DNA from: Candidatus Zixiibacteriota bacterium
GTDB taxonomy: Bacteria > Zixibacteria > MSB-5A5 > JAABVY01 > JAHJOQ01
Direction of reading: 5' to 3'
Assembly: GCA_020053015.1 (NCBI GenBank)
Contig: JAGVNY010000113.1
Location: 1-51,277, forward strand
DNA: 51,277 nt
Shown one piece after another: positions 34,176 through 43,587 of this stretch. Position 1 is the first letter of the stretch. The number at the start of each line of letters is the position of its first letter. The notes beneath the pieces were generated by a model that was given only the letters and a program-made list of their open reading frames with translations, had not been told where the DNA came from and made no database searches. The translations under genes were made by a program, and so were the position numbers.

Positions 34176-35405
34176 TCAGATATTCAAAATTGCATTGATT
34201 GCCTTCTCAAGGTTCTTGCTCATTCGCTTGAACATACCGGGTCGCTCAACGACGGCGCGCCGCTTGGCAGAGCCGTACTCAAGAAGTCCCAGCGCAACAG
34301 CGACTGAATATGGACTGCTGAACAACATATCATCTTCATAGGTGCTCGGAGAAACAAGGCGAGCTTTCATCCCAAACATCTGCTCCACCAGACTCTCGAC
34401 ATCGCGCAGGCACGCCCCGCCGCCAGTAAGGACAACGCCGCTTCCGATGCTCTCCAGAACCGGGCACGTTTCAAGCTGCTTCCTGATAATGGCCAGCATC
34501 TCCTCCATGCGCGGTTCGATCATCGCAGCGAGCACCGAACGCGACACCCTTCTCTGGTAGAATTCTCCGAGATCAGGCAACGTGAGTTTCTCATTCGGAT
34601 CAACCTTCGAGAGAACCGCTGATCCCTGACATATCTTCAACTCTTCAGCTGACTCCATCGGCAGGCGCAGACCATAGGCGATATCAGCCGTGACGTTTCG
34701 CCCTCCGAGAGGCACAGACCCTGTGTGCCAAATCGAGTCCTCATAGTATAGAACGACGTCCATAGTACCCGCTCCGATGTCGAGAAGCAGCACACCCTTT
34801 TGCTTTTCCTCGGCAGTAAGGAGCACTTCCGATGCTGCAACCGGATTGAATACCATCTCTACGAGCTCACCGCCTGCTCTCCGCACACTGGCAAGGGTGG
34901 CAGCTGCCGCCGACATCGAGGCAGTCACGATGTGAACGTCTACCTCCAGTCGTTCTCCGGTCATGCCGATCGGGTCGTGTATCCCCGACATGTCATCGAT
35001 GGAATAATGCTTCGGGATCACGTGAAGGCGTTCCTGATCCTCCGGAATACGCACATTCTTGGCGAGGCCGATCACTCTCCCGACCTCCTCGTCAGTGATC
35101 TCGCCTTCCATCATCGAGATAGAGATGGCGCCCCTGCTGTTCAATCCGCGGATGTGTTCTCCGGTCACGTTTACATACAGTGATCCTGGTCTGACACCAC
35201 ACTTCTCCTCAGCACGTTTGAGGACTTCGCTGATCTGTCGAGAGGCACGTTCTTCATTGACGATAACACCGTTTTTGACGCCGTCTGACGGGACTTCCGT
35301 GATGCAGAGCAATAACAGCTCGCCATCCGGTCCGTGCCGCCCTGCGGCACAGCAGATCTTGTGCGATCCGATGTCGAGTCCAGCAATAACACTCCGTGAC
35401 TGCAT
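34176..35405 (-). CDS. ftsA: Cell division protein FtsA
   Basis: It has the actin-like ATPase fold (GLDIGSHKICCA, LLDIGAGTMDV, VVLTGGGA) and sits directly upstream of ftsZ. Confidence 0.95.
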   Translation of the reverse strand: MQSRSVIAGLDIGSHKICCAAGRHGPDGELLLLCITEVPSDGVKNGVIVNEERASRQISEVLKRAEEKCGVRPGSLYVNVTGEHIRGLNSRGAISISMMEGEITDEEVGRVIGLAKNVRIPEDQERLHVIPKHYSIDDMSGIHDPIGMTGERLEVDVHIVTASMSAAAATLASVRRAGGELVEMVFNPVAASEVLLTAEEKQKGVLLLDIGAGTMDVVLYYEDSIWHTGSVPLGGRNVTADIAYGLRLPMESAEELKICQGSAVLSKVDPNEKLTLPDLGEFYQRRVSRSVLAAMIEPRMEEMLAIIRKQLETCPVLESIGSGVVLTGGGACLRDVESLVEQMFGMKARLVSPSTYEDDMLFSSPYSVAVALGLLEYGSAKRRAVVERPGMFKRMSKNLEKAINAILNI

Positions 35406-35408
35406 GAT

Positions 35409-36137
35409 CTATGCCTTTCGTTTTGGCAGCTCTCTTGCGATAACCGATCTTCCAAACCTCAAGTCCAGCTCGCCTGCAGCCAGCGACCCGAGCCGTTCAA
35501 AGACCCTGTCGAGATAGGCGAGCTTTCTGTCAAAATCTGATGGCCCGACAATTACGCGCACGGCTGCGCGCTTGAAATAGATAACCGGAGCTTCGGCACT
35601 GGCGATATCAATTTCGGACACGGCATTTCGCAGCCTCTTGTGCTCAGTGCCCAACTTCCGACACAACTCCAGCGCAATATCAAGCCGTGGAGTGCGAGGC
35701 TTAGTGTATTCGCGCACCGATTCCGGTCGCACTCCCGAAATCAGCGGCAAAGCCGACATGTCTCCACATATTTCGGGAGGCAGGATTTCGCCTCCTTCGG
35801 CCACTCCATAGAGCTTGTCCGCATATACCACGGCGACCGGTTTCTTGCGCCTCGCTTCGCAGACTACTTCCCCGGAAATGTTCACTCTGCAGCAGACTGC
35901 GGACAAATCCGGTCGCTTTACGAGCAGCGATCTTATCATTGAGCCGAAGGGTTGCCTGAACAGATTCGGCTCGAGCTGTCCTCCTGAGATGTCAGAGAAG
36001 TCTGCCGATTCTTGCACGCCGTCAACCATGAGGCGATAACCGCTCGGATGAACCAACGGGTGAAAATAGCAGAAGACGCAGAACCCTCCAGCGAGCAAGA
36101 GCAGAACAAGTATGACTATCTGTAGTCGCAGCGTCAT
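35409..36137 (-). CDS. ftsQ: Cell division protein FtsQ (POTRA domain)
   Basis: It has an N-terminal TM helix (LQIVILVLLLLAGGFCVFCYF) and a POTRA/FtsQ-type periplasmic domain. It sits between murC and ftsA. Confidence 0.85.
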   Translation of the reverse strand: MTLRLQIVILVLLLLAGGFCVFCYFHPLVHPSGYRLMVDGVQESADFSDISGGQLEPNLFRQPFGSMIRSLLVKRPDLSAVCCRVNISGEVVCEARRKKPVAVVYADKLYGVAEGGEILPPEICGDMSALPLISGVRPESVREYTKPRTPRLDIALELCRKLGTEHKRLRNAVSEIDIASAEAPVIYFKRAAVRVIVGPSDFDRKLAYLDRVFERLGSLAAGELDLRFGRSVIARELPKRKA

Positions 36138-37507
36138 TTTCCAAGCTCCTTTAGGATCTCCGGTCCAATGTGATAGATGTCGCCTGCGCCAATGGTCATG
36201 ACAATCGAGTTCTTGATCATGCGACGGTTGATATACTCCGGCACCGCGTGCATGTCATCGACGTAGTGGCAGTTCCTGTGACCGTAGCCGTGGGCGGCTT
36301 TCACAATCATCTCGCCGGAAATTCCCGACATCGGCTTCTCGCGCGCAGCATATATTCTGGTGACTATCAGCATATCCGAGAGCAGCAACGCCTTGGCGAA
36401 CTCGCGATAGAAGTCGTTTGTGCGTGAGTAGAGATGCGGTTGAAATACCGCAACGATCGGCCGGTTGTACCCCACTTTGGCAGCTCGAAGTGTTACCTCG
36501 ATTTCGGTAGGGTGGTGAGCATAATCGTCGACCACCATAATCCCGTTAATCTCACCCTTGATCTCGAATCTGCGAATAACACCCTTGAAACTCGCCAGCG
36601 CGTTGCTGATTCGTGTCCAGGGCATTTCGAATTCAAGCGCCACGGCGGCTGCAGCAAGTGCGTTGCGGATATTGAACACACCGGGGAGATTGATCGTGAT
36701 CTGCCCGAGCTCCGTGCCGTTACGGTGCATCATGAAGGTCGATGACCGCTCTTTGTACGACGGCGAACTCGCACGGATGTCAGCCTGAGTCGTGAATCCA
36801 AATGTAGTGATGGGGCGTTTAAGTTCGGGAATCAGCGTAAGCACGTTTTCATCGTCCATGTTCAGAAAGATGTTGCCGTAGAAGGGGACTTTGTTGGCAA
36901 ACTGCACGAACGCCTCTTTGATGGCGTCGAAAGTGCCATAATAGTCGAGGTGATCTGCCTCAAGGCTCGTAACGACCGCCATAGAGTGCGTCAAATTGAG
37001 AAACGACCTGTCATACTCGTCGGCTTCTGCAACCATGCATTCGCCGGTACCGAACTTCACATTTGTGCCGTATTGCACAACCCTCCCCCCGACAATCACA
37101 GTTGGGTCGAATCCGCCTTCGGTCAGAACCCAACCGATAAGAGACGTGGTTGTAGTCTTGCCGTGGGTACCGGCTATTCCAATTCCAAACTTGGTTCGCA
37201 TCAGTTCGCCGAGCATTTCTGCACGACGAATCACCGGTATCTTCGATTGGCGAGCAGCCGTTACCTCGGCATTGTCTTCATGTACCGCAGATGAAATCAC
37301 GACCGCGTGGGCGTCTCCGACATACTCCGCTCTGTGTTCGAAATGGACTTTGATTCCGAGTTGGACGAGCCGGTCTGTCACTTCAGTCGAAACGAGGTCG
37401 CTGCCGGTGATGACGAAACCCTGATTGTGGAGCATTTCCGCTATTCCGGACATGCCGATCCCACCGATTCCCACGAAATGGAGCTTCTTTATCTTGCCGA
37501 ATTTCAT
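36134..37507 (-). CDS. murC: UDP-N-acetylmuramate--L-alanine ligase
   Basis: It has HFVGIGGIGMSGIAEML and the Mur ligase P-loop GIAGTHGKTTTTS. Confidence 0.95.
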   Translation of the reverse strand: MKFGKIKKLHFVGIGGIGMSGIAEMLHNQGFVITGSDLVSTEVTDRLVQLGIKVHFEHRAEYVGDAHAVVISSAVHEDNAEVTAARQSKIPVIRRAEMLGELMRTKFGIGIAGTHGKTTTTSLIGWVLTEGGFDPTVIVGGRVVQYGTNVKFGTGECMVAEADEYDRSFLNLTHSMAVVTSLEADHLDYYGTFDAIKEAFVQFANKVPFYGNIFLNMDDENVLTLIPELKRPITTFGFTTQADIRASSPSYKERSSTFMMHRNGTELGQITINLPGVFNIRNALAAAAVALEFEMPWTRISNALASFKGVIRRFEIKGEINGIMVVDDYAHHPTEIEVTLRAAKVGYNRPIVAVFQPHLYSRTNDFYREFAKALLLSDMLIVTRIYAAREKPMSGISGEMIVKAAHGYGHRNCHYVDDMHAVPEYINRRMIKNSIVMTIGAGDIYHIGPEILKELGK

Positions 37508-38598
37508 GACGAGATCCCCTTCAGAATCGATGAAGCAATGTTTTCTGCAGCATCGGGCGTGTGCAGCGAGCGCGCCTTATCAGACATTGCTTTGCGGGTA
37601 TTCTCGTCTGCAGTAAGCGAGAGCGCTTTGCCCAGCGCGTCAGATGTGACCATTTCGTTCTGACGGACTACAATCGCGGCGCCCTTCTCGGCAACAACCT
37701 TCGCATTGTACTCCTGATGATTCTCGGTCGCATATGGATACGGGATCAAAACCGATGGCGTTCCTGCCGCTGCAAGTTCAGCAAGAGTCATGGCTCCAGC
37801 GCGACAAATCGCAACGTCCGCACATGCATATGCCAAGTCCATTCTGTCTATGAAAGGCAAGACTGTCCCAGGCACACGGGAATTTCTGAATGCCTGGCTG
37901 TATTTATCTATAGACCCTCTTCCTGTCTGCCACAGTAGCTGTACTCCGTTGGCTGACCTGAGCCTCTCCAGATTTGATGCTATGTATGAATTGATAGCTT
38001 CCGCTCCCTGACTGCCGCCTAGCACGAAGATCGTCTTGGCGCTCGGATCGAGACCGAAGTACTTGACACCTTCAGACCTGCTGCCGATCTCGAATCCGGG
38101 ACGGAGGGGATTGCCAGTACATACAACATTGGATCGGGGATGCAGCCTTTTCGAAACCTCGCCGTAGGCCGCGAATACTGCATTCGCACGCTTGGCGAAC
38201 AGCTTAGTCGTAATTCCAGGGAAGGAGTTTTGCTCCTGCAGAAAGGTTTTGATGCCGGTTAGGCGTGCGGCAATCAGAACCGGAACGCAGATGAAACCGC
38301 CGGTGGCGAAGACTGCTTTGGTCCGAGTCCTCTTGAAGAGAAGAATCGCGCACGCTGCGCCGTAGGCCAATACAAACGGTATAGCGAGGTTTCTCGCTGA
38401 TAATCCACGCTTCAGAGGAATGGCAGGTATCGAGTAATAGTCGAAGCCAGCTTCGGGAGCGAGACGCGAGTCCATACCGTGCTTCGATCCAATCATATAC
38501 ACTTTCACGCGACTTTCGAGTCTTCTGAGAGTCTGTGCCACAGCAAGAGCCGGGAAGAAATGCCCGCCGGTCTTGCCACCCGCAACGGCGATTGACAT
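37504..38598 (-). CDS. murG: UDP-GlcNAc:lipid I N-acetylglucosaminyltransferase MurG
   Basis: MSIAVAGGKTGGHFFPALAV contains the G-loop. The start is set at the ATG at 38598, 1 nt after the ftsW stop, because the ORF-track start at 38679 would overlap ftsW. Confidence 0.93.
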   Translation of the reverse strand: MSIAVAGGKTGGHFFPALAVAQTLRRLESRVKVYMIGSKHGMDSRLAPEAGFDYYSIPAIPLKRGLSARNLAIPFVLAYGAACAILLFKRTRTKAVFATGGFICVPVLIAARLTGIKTFLQEQNSFPGITTKLFAKRANAVFAAYGEVSKRLHPRSNVVCTGNPLRPGFEIGSRSEGVKYFGLDPSAKTIFVLGGSQGAEAINSYIASNLERLRSANGVQLLWQTGRGSIDKYSQAFRNSRVPGTVLPFIDRMDLAYACADVAICRAGAMTLAELAAAGTPSVLIPYPYATENHQEYNAKVVAEKGAAIVVRQNEMVTSDALGKALSLTADENTRKAMSDKARSLHTPDAAENIASSILKGISS

Positions 38599-38599
38599 A

Positions 38600-39721
38600 T
38601 CAATCGAGTCTTCCAAGCACCTGTCCTTTGTTGTTCCTTCGACGCGACACATTAAGCAACACTCCCACCGCCGAGGCACATAGGAGGAGCGATGAGCCCC
38701 CGTAACTGACGAACGGCAGCGGCATGCCCTTGGTCGGTATGAGTCCTACGGTCACGGCTATGTTCACGAGTGCACTCGCAGTGAGTATTATCGTAATACC
38801 GAATGCCAGGTAGAATCCGAATCGATCCGGTGCGGTGGCAGCAATCCTCATTCCTCGCCAGAAGACTATCAGAAAGAGCGCCACTACCAGCATCACCCAA
38901 ATGAATCCGCCTTCTTCCGCTACATTAGCAAATATGAAATCTGTGTGAACTTCGGGGAGAAAGAAAAGCTTTACGGCACCGCGCCCAATTCCCTTGCCGA
39001 AGAATCCGCCCGACCCGATATAAAGCGCCGACTGCTTGACCTGGAAAGAGCCTTGGAGCGGGTCTTTGATCGCAGCAAGGAAGTCCATAATGCGAGCTTG
39101 CTTGTAGCCGAGCTGAAAAACTGCAACGTAGAACACAGTTGCAAGCGAAGCGGCGCCGAGGCCAATCCACTTCCAACTCATTCCTGCAACGAAGAGCATC
39201 GTCACCAATACGGCCGCTAACACGAGGGCAGTTCCGAGGTCCGGCTCGAGGACGATGAGCATCAATGCGACGGCAATCAGACCAAAAGTCACGTATGGGT
39301 ACCACTTTGGCCGGTTCGACTGATGATCCGGAGCGAGAAAATGAGCTGCAAGGTATATCATCACGAATTTGAAGACTTCCGATGGCTGGAGACTGACAAA
39401 GCCGAGGTCTATCCACCGTCTCGCATCGTTTATCTTCGACATCGAGAAAACCACGATCAGAAGTAAGATCGACACTCCGACAGCGAACCAGATCATCTTC
39501 CTCATAATCCTGTAATCCAAGCCTGCAAATATCAACATCGCTACGAGGGCAACTGCCGCGAAGAACAACTGGCGGTAGAAGTAGTGAGTGTGCTCTCCGG
39601 AATATCTCAGGTCGGCGATGAAGACGGATGCCGAATAGACGGCAACAACGCCTATAGTGATCAGGAGGAGCACTGCCGTATACAGCACCAGATCGACGCC
39701 ATGTCGCCGCTGTTGGTTCAT
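38600..39721 (-). CDS. ftsW: SEDS-family peptidoglycan polymerase FtsW
   Basis: It is a polytopic FtsW/RodA/SpoVE-type protein (LQPSEVFKFVMI..., PTKGMPLPFVSYGGSSLL) in the dcw position between murD and murG. Confidence 0.93.
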   Translation of the reverse strand: MNQQRRHGVDLVLYTAVLLLITIGVVAVYSASVFIADLRYSGEHTHYFYRQLFFAAVALVAMLIFAGLDYRIMRKMIWFAVGVSILLLIVVFSMSKINDARRWIDLGFVSLQPSEVFKFVMIYLAAHFLAPDHQSNRPKWYPYVTFGLIAVALMLIVLEPDLGTALVLAAVLVTMLFVAGMSWKWIGLGAASLATVFYVAVFQLGYKQARIMDFLAAIKDPLQGSFQVKQSALYIGSGGFFGKGIGRGAVKLFFLPEVHTDFIFANVAEEGGFIWVMLVVALFLIVFWRGMRIAATAPDRFGFYLAFGITIILTASALVNIAVTVGLIPTKGMPLPFVSYGGSSLLLCASAVGVLLNVSRRRNNKGQVLGRLD

Positions 39722-41088
39722 GGTGCCTCCTCGCGCAATTTTGAGACAGCCTGCTTGAACACGCGACCGCGATGCTCATAGTCGTTAAACATGTCGAAGG
39801 ACGCGCATGCAGGTGAGAGCATAACCGTGCCTTCCGGACGGGCGAGTTCAAAGCCGATACGCACTGCCTTCTCCATCGAATCGACTTTATGAGTCGGGAC
39901 CAGATCGCCCAGAGATCGCTCGATCTTGTCCGAGGCCTCACCTATCAGCACGATTTCCGAAACATACCTCGAAACAAGGTCGCGTAGACGACCGAAGTCG
40001 CCCTTCTTGTCCCGTCCGCCCATTATCACTACCAGCTTGCCCGCAACGCTCTGGAGCGCGTACCATACGGAATCGACGTTAGTAGCCTTCGAGTCATTAA
40101 TGAACTTCACGTGCCCTACCGCGCCGCAACCTTCAAGCCGGTGCTCAACGCCTGCAAACGTGGAAAGCACAGCGCGAATGGAATCGTCAGAGACACCAGC
40201 TATCGCCGCAATAGCGGCAGCGGCAGCGCAATTCTGCAGATTGTGAGGCCCCGGGAGTGTTATGTCCGTCACCGGCATTATCACCCGGGCGTCACCTTCG
40301 ACATTGCTGGTCAGCATCCCGTTTTCAACGCAGACTCCCGGTGCAACTATGTCGGAGATGCTGAAGTAGAACTTCTTCCCGGGAAGGGGAGAGCATAATT
40401 CCATCAGGTAGGCATCATCACGGTTGGCGACGAAGGCGTCCGTCGCTGTCTGATTCTCGCCGATCCTCATCTTCATTTCCGCATAGGTCGCAAAGTCGCC
40501 GTATCTATCCAAATGGTCCGGCGTGAGATTCAGAACTGAAGCAATCCTCGGTTTGAAGTCGTAGCACCGTTCGAGCTGGGCTGACGATATCTCGAGCACG
40601 ACCCATCCATGTGCGGGGACTTGGTCGCAGATGTCGCAGAACGGACTGCCGATATTGCCTGCCACAAAAGTGGGCACTCCGGACTGTTTGAATATCTCTC
40701 CGGTTACCGTAGTTGTGGTAGTCTTGCCATTAGATCCAGTTATCGCGACCATGTTGCCGTCACAGAGCCAGAAACCAAGCTCGATCTCGGAGATGACCGG
40801 CACGCCTGCGGCATCTATCTGCTTCGAGACAGGCGCATCAGGCGGAACGCCCGGACTCACGACAACGAAGTCCCTTCCCTCGAATGCTCTGGCGGTGTTC
40901 CCGGACGTCTCGAATTCGATATTCTCGGATCGAAGCGTCTTCAGAGCGTCCGCCAACTGATCCTCAGAACGACTGTCAGACACGAACACCGAAGCGCCGT
41001 GTCTCCGAAGCAGACGTGCAGCCGCAACGCCTGACCTCGCAGCGCCCACTATCCCGACTTTCTTTCCAGCTACTCTGTCGAGTCTCAT
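39718..41088 (-). CDS. murD: UDP-N-acetylmuramoyl-L-alanine--D-glutamate ligase
   Basis: It has the N-terminal Rossmann segment VGIVGAARSGVAAARLL and the P-loop ITGSNGKTTTT. Confidence 0.95.
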   Translation of the reverse strand: MRLDRVAGKKVGIVGAARSGVAAARLLRRHGASVFVSDSRSEDQLADALKTLRSENIEFETSGNTARAFEGRDFVVVSPGVPPDAPVSKQIDAAGVPVISEIELGFWLCDGNMVAITGSNGKTTTTTVTGEIFKQSGVPTFVAGNIGSPFCDICDQVPAHGWVVLEISSAQLERCYDFKPRIASVLNLTPDHLDRYGDFATYAEMKMRIGENQTATDAFVANRDDAYLMELCSPLPGKKFYFSISDIVAPGVCVENGMLTSNVEGDARVIMPVTDITLPGPHNLQNCAAAAAIAAIAGVSDDSIRAVLSTFAGVEHRLEGCGAVGHVKFINDSKATNVDSVWYALQSVAGKLVVIMGGRDKKGDFGRLRDLVSRYVSEIVLIGEASDKIERSLGDLVPTHKVDSMEKAVRIGFELARPEGTVMLSPACASFDMFNDYEHRGRVFKQAVSKLREEAP

Positions 41089-41095
41089 CGATGCC

Positions 41096-42187
41096 CTACC
41101 TGATCTTGAGCGTAGCGAGCGTGAGGAGCGCGCAGATCGCTCCGACTATCCAGAATCTGGTCACGACTTTTGTCTCCGGCCATCCAAGCTGCTCAAAGTG
41201 ATGATGCAAAGGAGCCATCTTGAATATCCGCTTCCCTCTAAGCTTAAATGACGATACCTGTAGAATGACTGAGAGCGCCTCTGCAACGAACACTCCCCCC
41301 ACTATCGCGAGAAGGAGCTCTTTCTTGAGCATGATTGCAATCGCGCCCATAGCGCCTCCGAGCGCGAGAGCTCCGGTATCTCCCATGAATACCTCTGCCG
41401 GATGCGAGTTGTACCATAAGAACCCGAGCGCCGCTCCGATCGCAGCGCTGCAGTAAACGGTCAGCTCGCCTGCGCCTTCAAGGTGAGTGATCTGAAGATA
41501 ATTCGAGAAGTCGGAACGACCGCTGACGTACGCGAAACCGGCAAATGCGACGAAGGCAAGTCCTGAAAGGCCCGTGGCAAGTCCGTCAAGACCGTCGGTG
41601 AGATTGACCGCGTTGGACGAACCTGCGATCACAAACACTACGAACGGGACGAAGACAAATACATATCTGAAATTCAGGACATAGTCTTTCACGAACGGGA
41701 TTTCGGTTGTCGTTCCATACGTCGGCGATGGAGCGAAGTAGTAGAGAATGAACCCGAGCACGAGTCCGCAGACGACCTGACCGGCCAGTTTGTAGCGACC
41801 GACCATGCCTTTGTGACGCTTCATTATCGCCTTCATGTAGTCATCCATGAAGCCTATCGCCCCCATCCAGATTGTCACGAAGAGAATGAGCTGGACGAAT
41901 CTGTTGGTCAGATCCGCCCACAGGAGTGTAGGAAGGATGATCGCGGCCAGTATGATCAAGCCGCCCATTGTCGGCGTCCCTTCCTTTGTATAGTGCGTTT
42001 TGGGACCTTCCTCCCGAATCTTTTCCTTCACGCCCTGTCGGCGCAGAAGCCTTATGAACATGGGGCCAAAGATGAGTGTCACGATTAGCGCGGTGATAGC
42101 AGCCCCCGAGCTTCTGAATGTGATGTACTTGAACAGATTGAAATACGAAACCTTGTCCGTCAACGGATAAAGGAGATGGTAGAACAT
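41096..42187 (-). CDS. mraY: Phospho-N-acetylmuramoyl-pentapeptide transferase
   Basis: MFYHLLYPLTDKVSYFNLFKYITFRS, NAVNLTDGLDGLA and the HHHFE motif are present. Its start overlaps the murF stop by 1 nt (TGATG). Confidence 0.97.
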   Translation of the reverse strand: MFYHLLYPLTDKVSYFNLFKYITFRSSGAAITALIVTLIFGPMFIRLLRRQGVKEKIREEGPKTHYTKEGTPTMGGLIILAAIILPTLLWADLTNRFVQLILFVTIWMGAIGFMDDYMKAIMKRHKGMVGRYKLAGQVVCGLVLGFILYYFAPSPTYGTTTEIPFVKDYVLNFRYVFVFVPFVVFVIAGSSNAVNLTDGLDGLATGLSGLAFVAFAGFAYVSGRSDFSNYLQITHLEGAGELTVYCSAAIGAALGFLWYNSHPAEVFMGDTGALALGGAMGAIAIMLKKELLLAIVGGVFVAEALSVILQVSSFKLRGKRIFKMAPLHHHFEQLGWPETKVVTRFWIVGAICALLTLATLKIR

Positions 42188-43587
42188 CAGTTGGCCCTTC
42201 CCAACTGTGCTCTCAGCGCGGTCGTGATTCTGTCGAATGCCATCCCACGAGAAGCCTTGATGAGTACAATGTCGCCCGGTTTCAGCACATCCAGCAGGAA
42301 GTTGATGATCGCGGACGTACTGGTGAAGTGCCTGCGATTAGCGTCCGGAAAGCCGCTACTGGCTGCTCCCGCGTCGATTTGCTCTGCAAGTTTGCCCGAT
42401 GTCGCCAAGAAATCCAGAGTGTTCTTGGCAGCATACTCCCCGATATCGCGATGGTACTGGCTGGCGCTCAAACCGAGCTCGAGCATATCCCCAAGTACCG
42501 CAATTCGACGGGCCGTGCCTGACGCTTTCATCGTATTCAGGGTGTCCATCGCGAACCGCATCGAGGCTGGATTGGCGTTGTAGGAGTCGTTGATGATGGT
42601 TACACCTGCCACGTCAATCGTCTCCATGCGCATGGAGACAGCCCTGAACGCCTCGAGAGCTGCCTTTATGTTCTCTCCCGGTATTCCGAAGAGCTCTCCC
42701 ACGGCAGCCGCTGCCACAGCGTTATAGAGGTTATGGATTCCCGGGACTGCAAGCCGGATCTGGCCTTCGCCCTTAATCGTGAATCGTGCGCATCCGGAGC
42801 CGTTTACCACATAGTCAGTCGGAGCAAAGCCGCTTCGATTGCGCAACCCGAACGGAAACGTCCGAAGCTTCTCCACTTTCATCCGCGCGTCGAGTTTCTC
42901 ATTGTCGATGTTAGCTATGGCTACGCCGTCACTCGGCATATTGTCAAACAGCTCATACTTGGCCGCGGCTATGGCGTCGACGCTCATCATCGTTTCCAAA
43001 TGAGCCGCTTCTATATTCGTTATCACACCGTATTGGGGTCTCACGAGCTTCGTGAGGTTCGCTATCTCGCCCGGCGTGCTCATTCCGAACTCGAATACCG
43101 CACACTGACAGGCGCCACCCATTTCGAATATGGAAAGGGGTATGCCGTATTGATTGTTGAGATTACCCTGCGATCTGAAGGTCTTGAATGTCGTCGCCAG
43201 CACGTCGGCAATCATCTCCTTAGTGGTTGTCTTGCCGTTCGTGCCTGTCACGGCTATCTTCGTAACATCGAACGTATCCAACCACCAGCGAGCCAGATCG
43301 TGCAGAGCTCGCATGGTGTCTTCGACGACTACAAGGTGCGAGTTCAGCGACGTATCGTCGGCATGAAACCGAGAATCAACTATGGAAATAGGCGATCCCT
43401 TTCGGATAACTTCTTCGACGAATGTATGACCATCGGCGTTCCGTCCGCGAATGGCTATGAAGAGCTTGCCGGAGACATTCGTTCGGCTATCGATAGAAGC
43501 GCCTTCTATTTGCTGTCGAGCCGCCGATGCTCCAATCCTGATCGCATGCACCGCTCTGGCCACTTCGTCTCCGGTGCAGTTTATCAT
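42187..43587 (-). CDS. murF: UDP-MurNAc-tripeptide--D-alanyl-D-alanine ligase
   Basis: It has the Mur ligase P-loop VTGTNGKTTTKEM and sits in the dcw position between murE and mraY. Confidence 0.93.
   Translation of the reverse strand: MINCTGDEVARAVHAIRIGASAARQQIEGASIDSRTNVSGKLFIAIRGRNADGHTFVEEVIRKGSPISIVDSRFHADDTSLNSHLVVVEDTMRALHDLARWWLDTFDVTKIAVTGTNGKTTTKEMIADVLATTFKTFRSQGNLNNQYGIPLSIFEMGGACQCAVFEFGMSTPGEIANLTKLVRPQYGVITNIEAAHLETMMSVDAIAAAKYELFDNMPSDGVAIANIDNEKLDARMKVEKLRTFPFGLRNRSGFAPTDYVVNGSGCARFTIKGEGQIRLAVPGIHNLYNAVAAAAVGELFGIPGENIKAALEAFRAVSMRMETIDVAGVTIINDSYNANPASMRFAMDTLNTMKASGTARRIAVLGDMLELGLSASQYHRDIGEYAAKNTLDFLATSGKLAEQIDAGAASSGFPDANRRHFTSTSAIINFLLDVLKPGDIVLIKASRGMAFDRITTALRAQLGRAN

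Noticed and set aside
38925-39941. A 338-aa ORF on the minus strand overlapping ftsW and murD in another frame
   Set aside because: It lies entirely inside two well-supported dcw genes. The translation is Arg/Ser/Cys-rich and low in complexity (RPRTRSSDLWAIWSRL...), typical of an out-of-frame read-through in GC-rich coding DNA. I see no start context.
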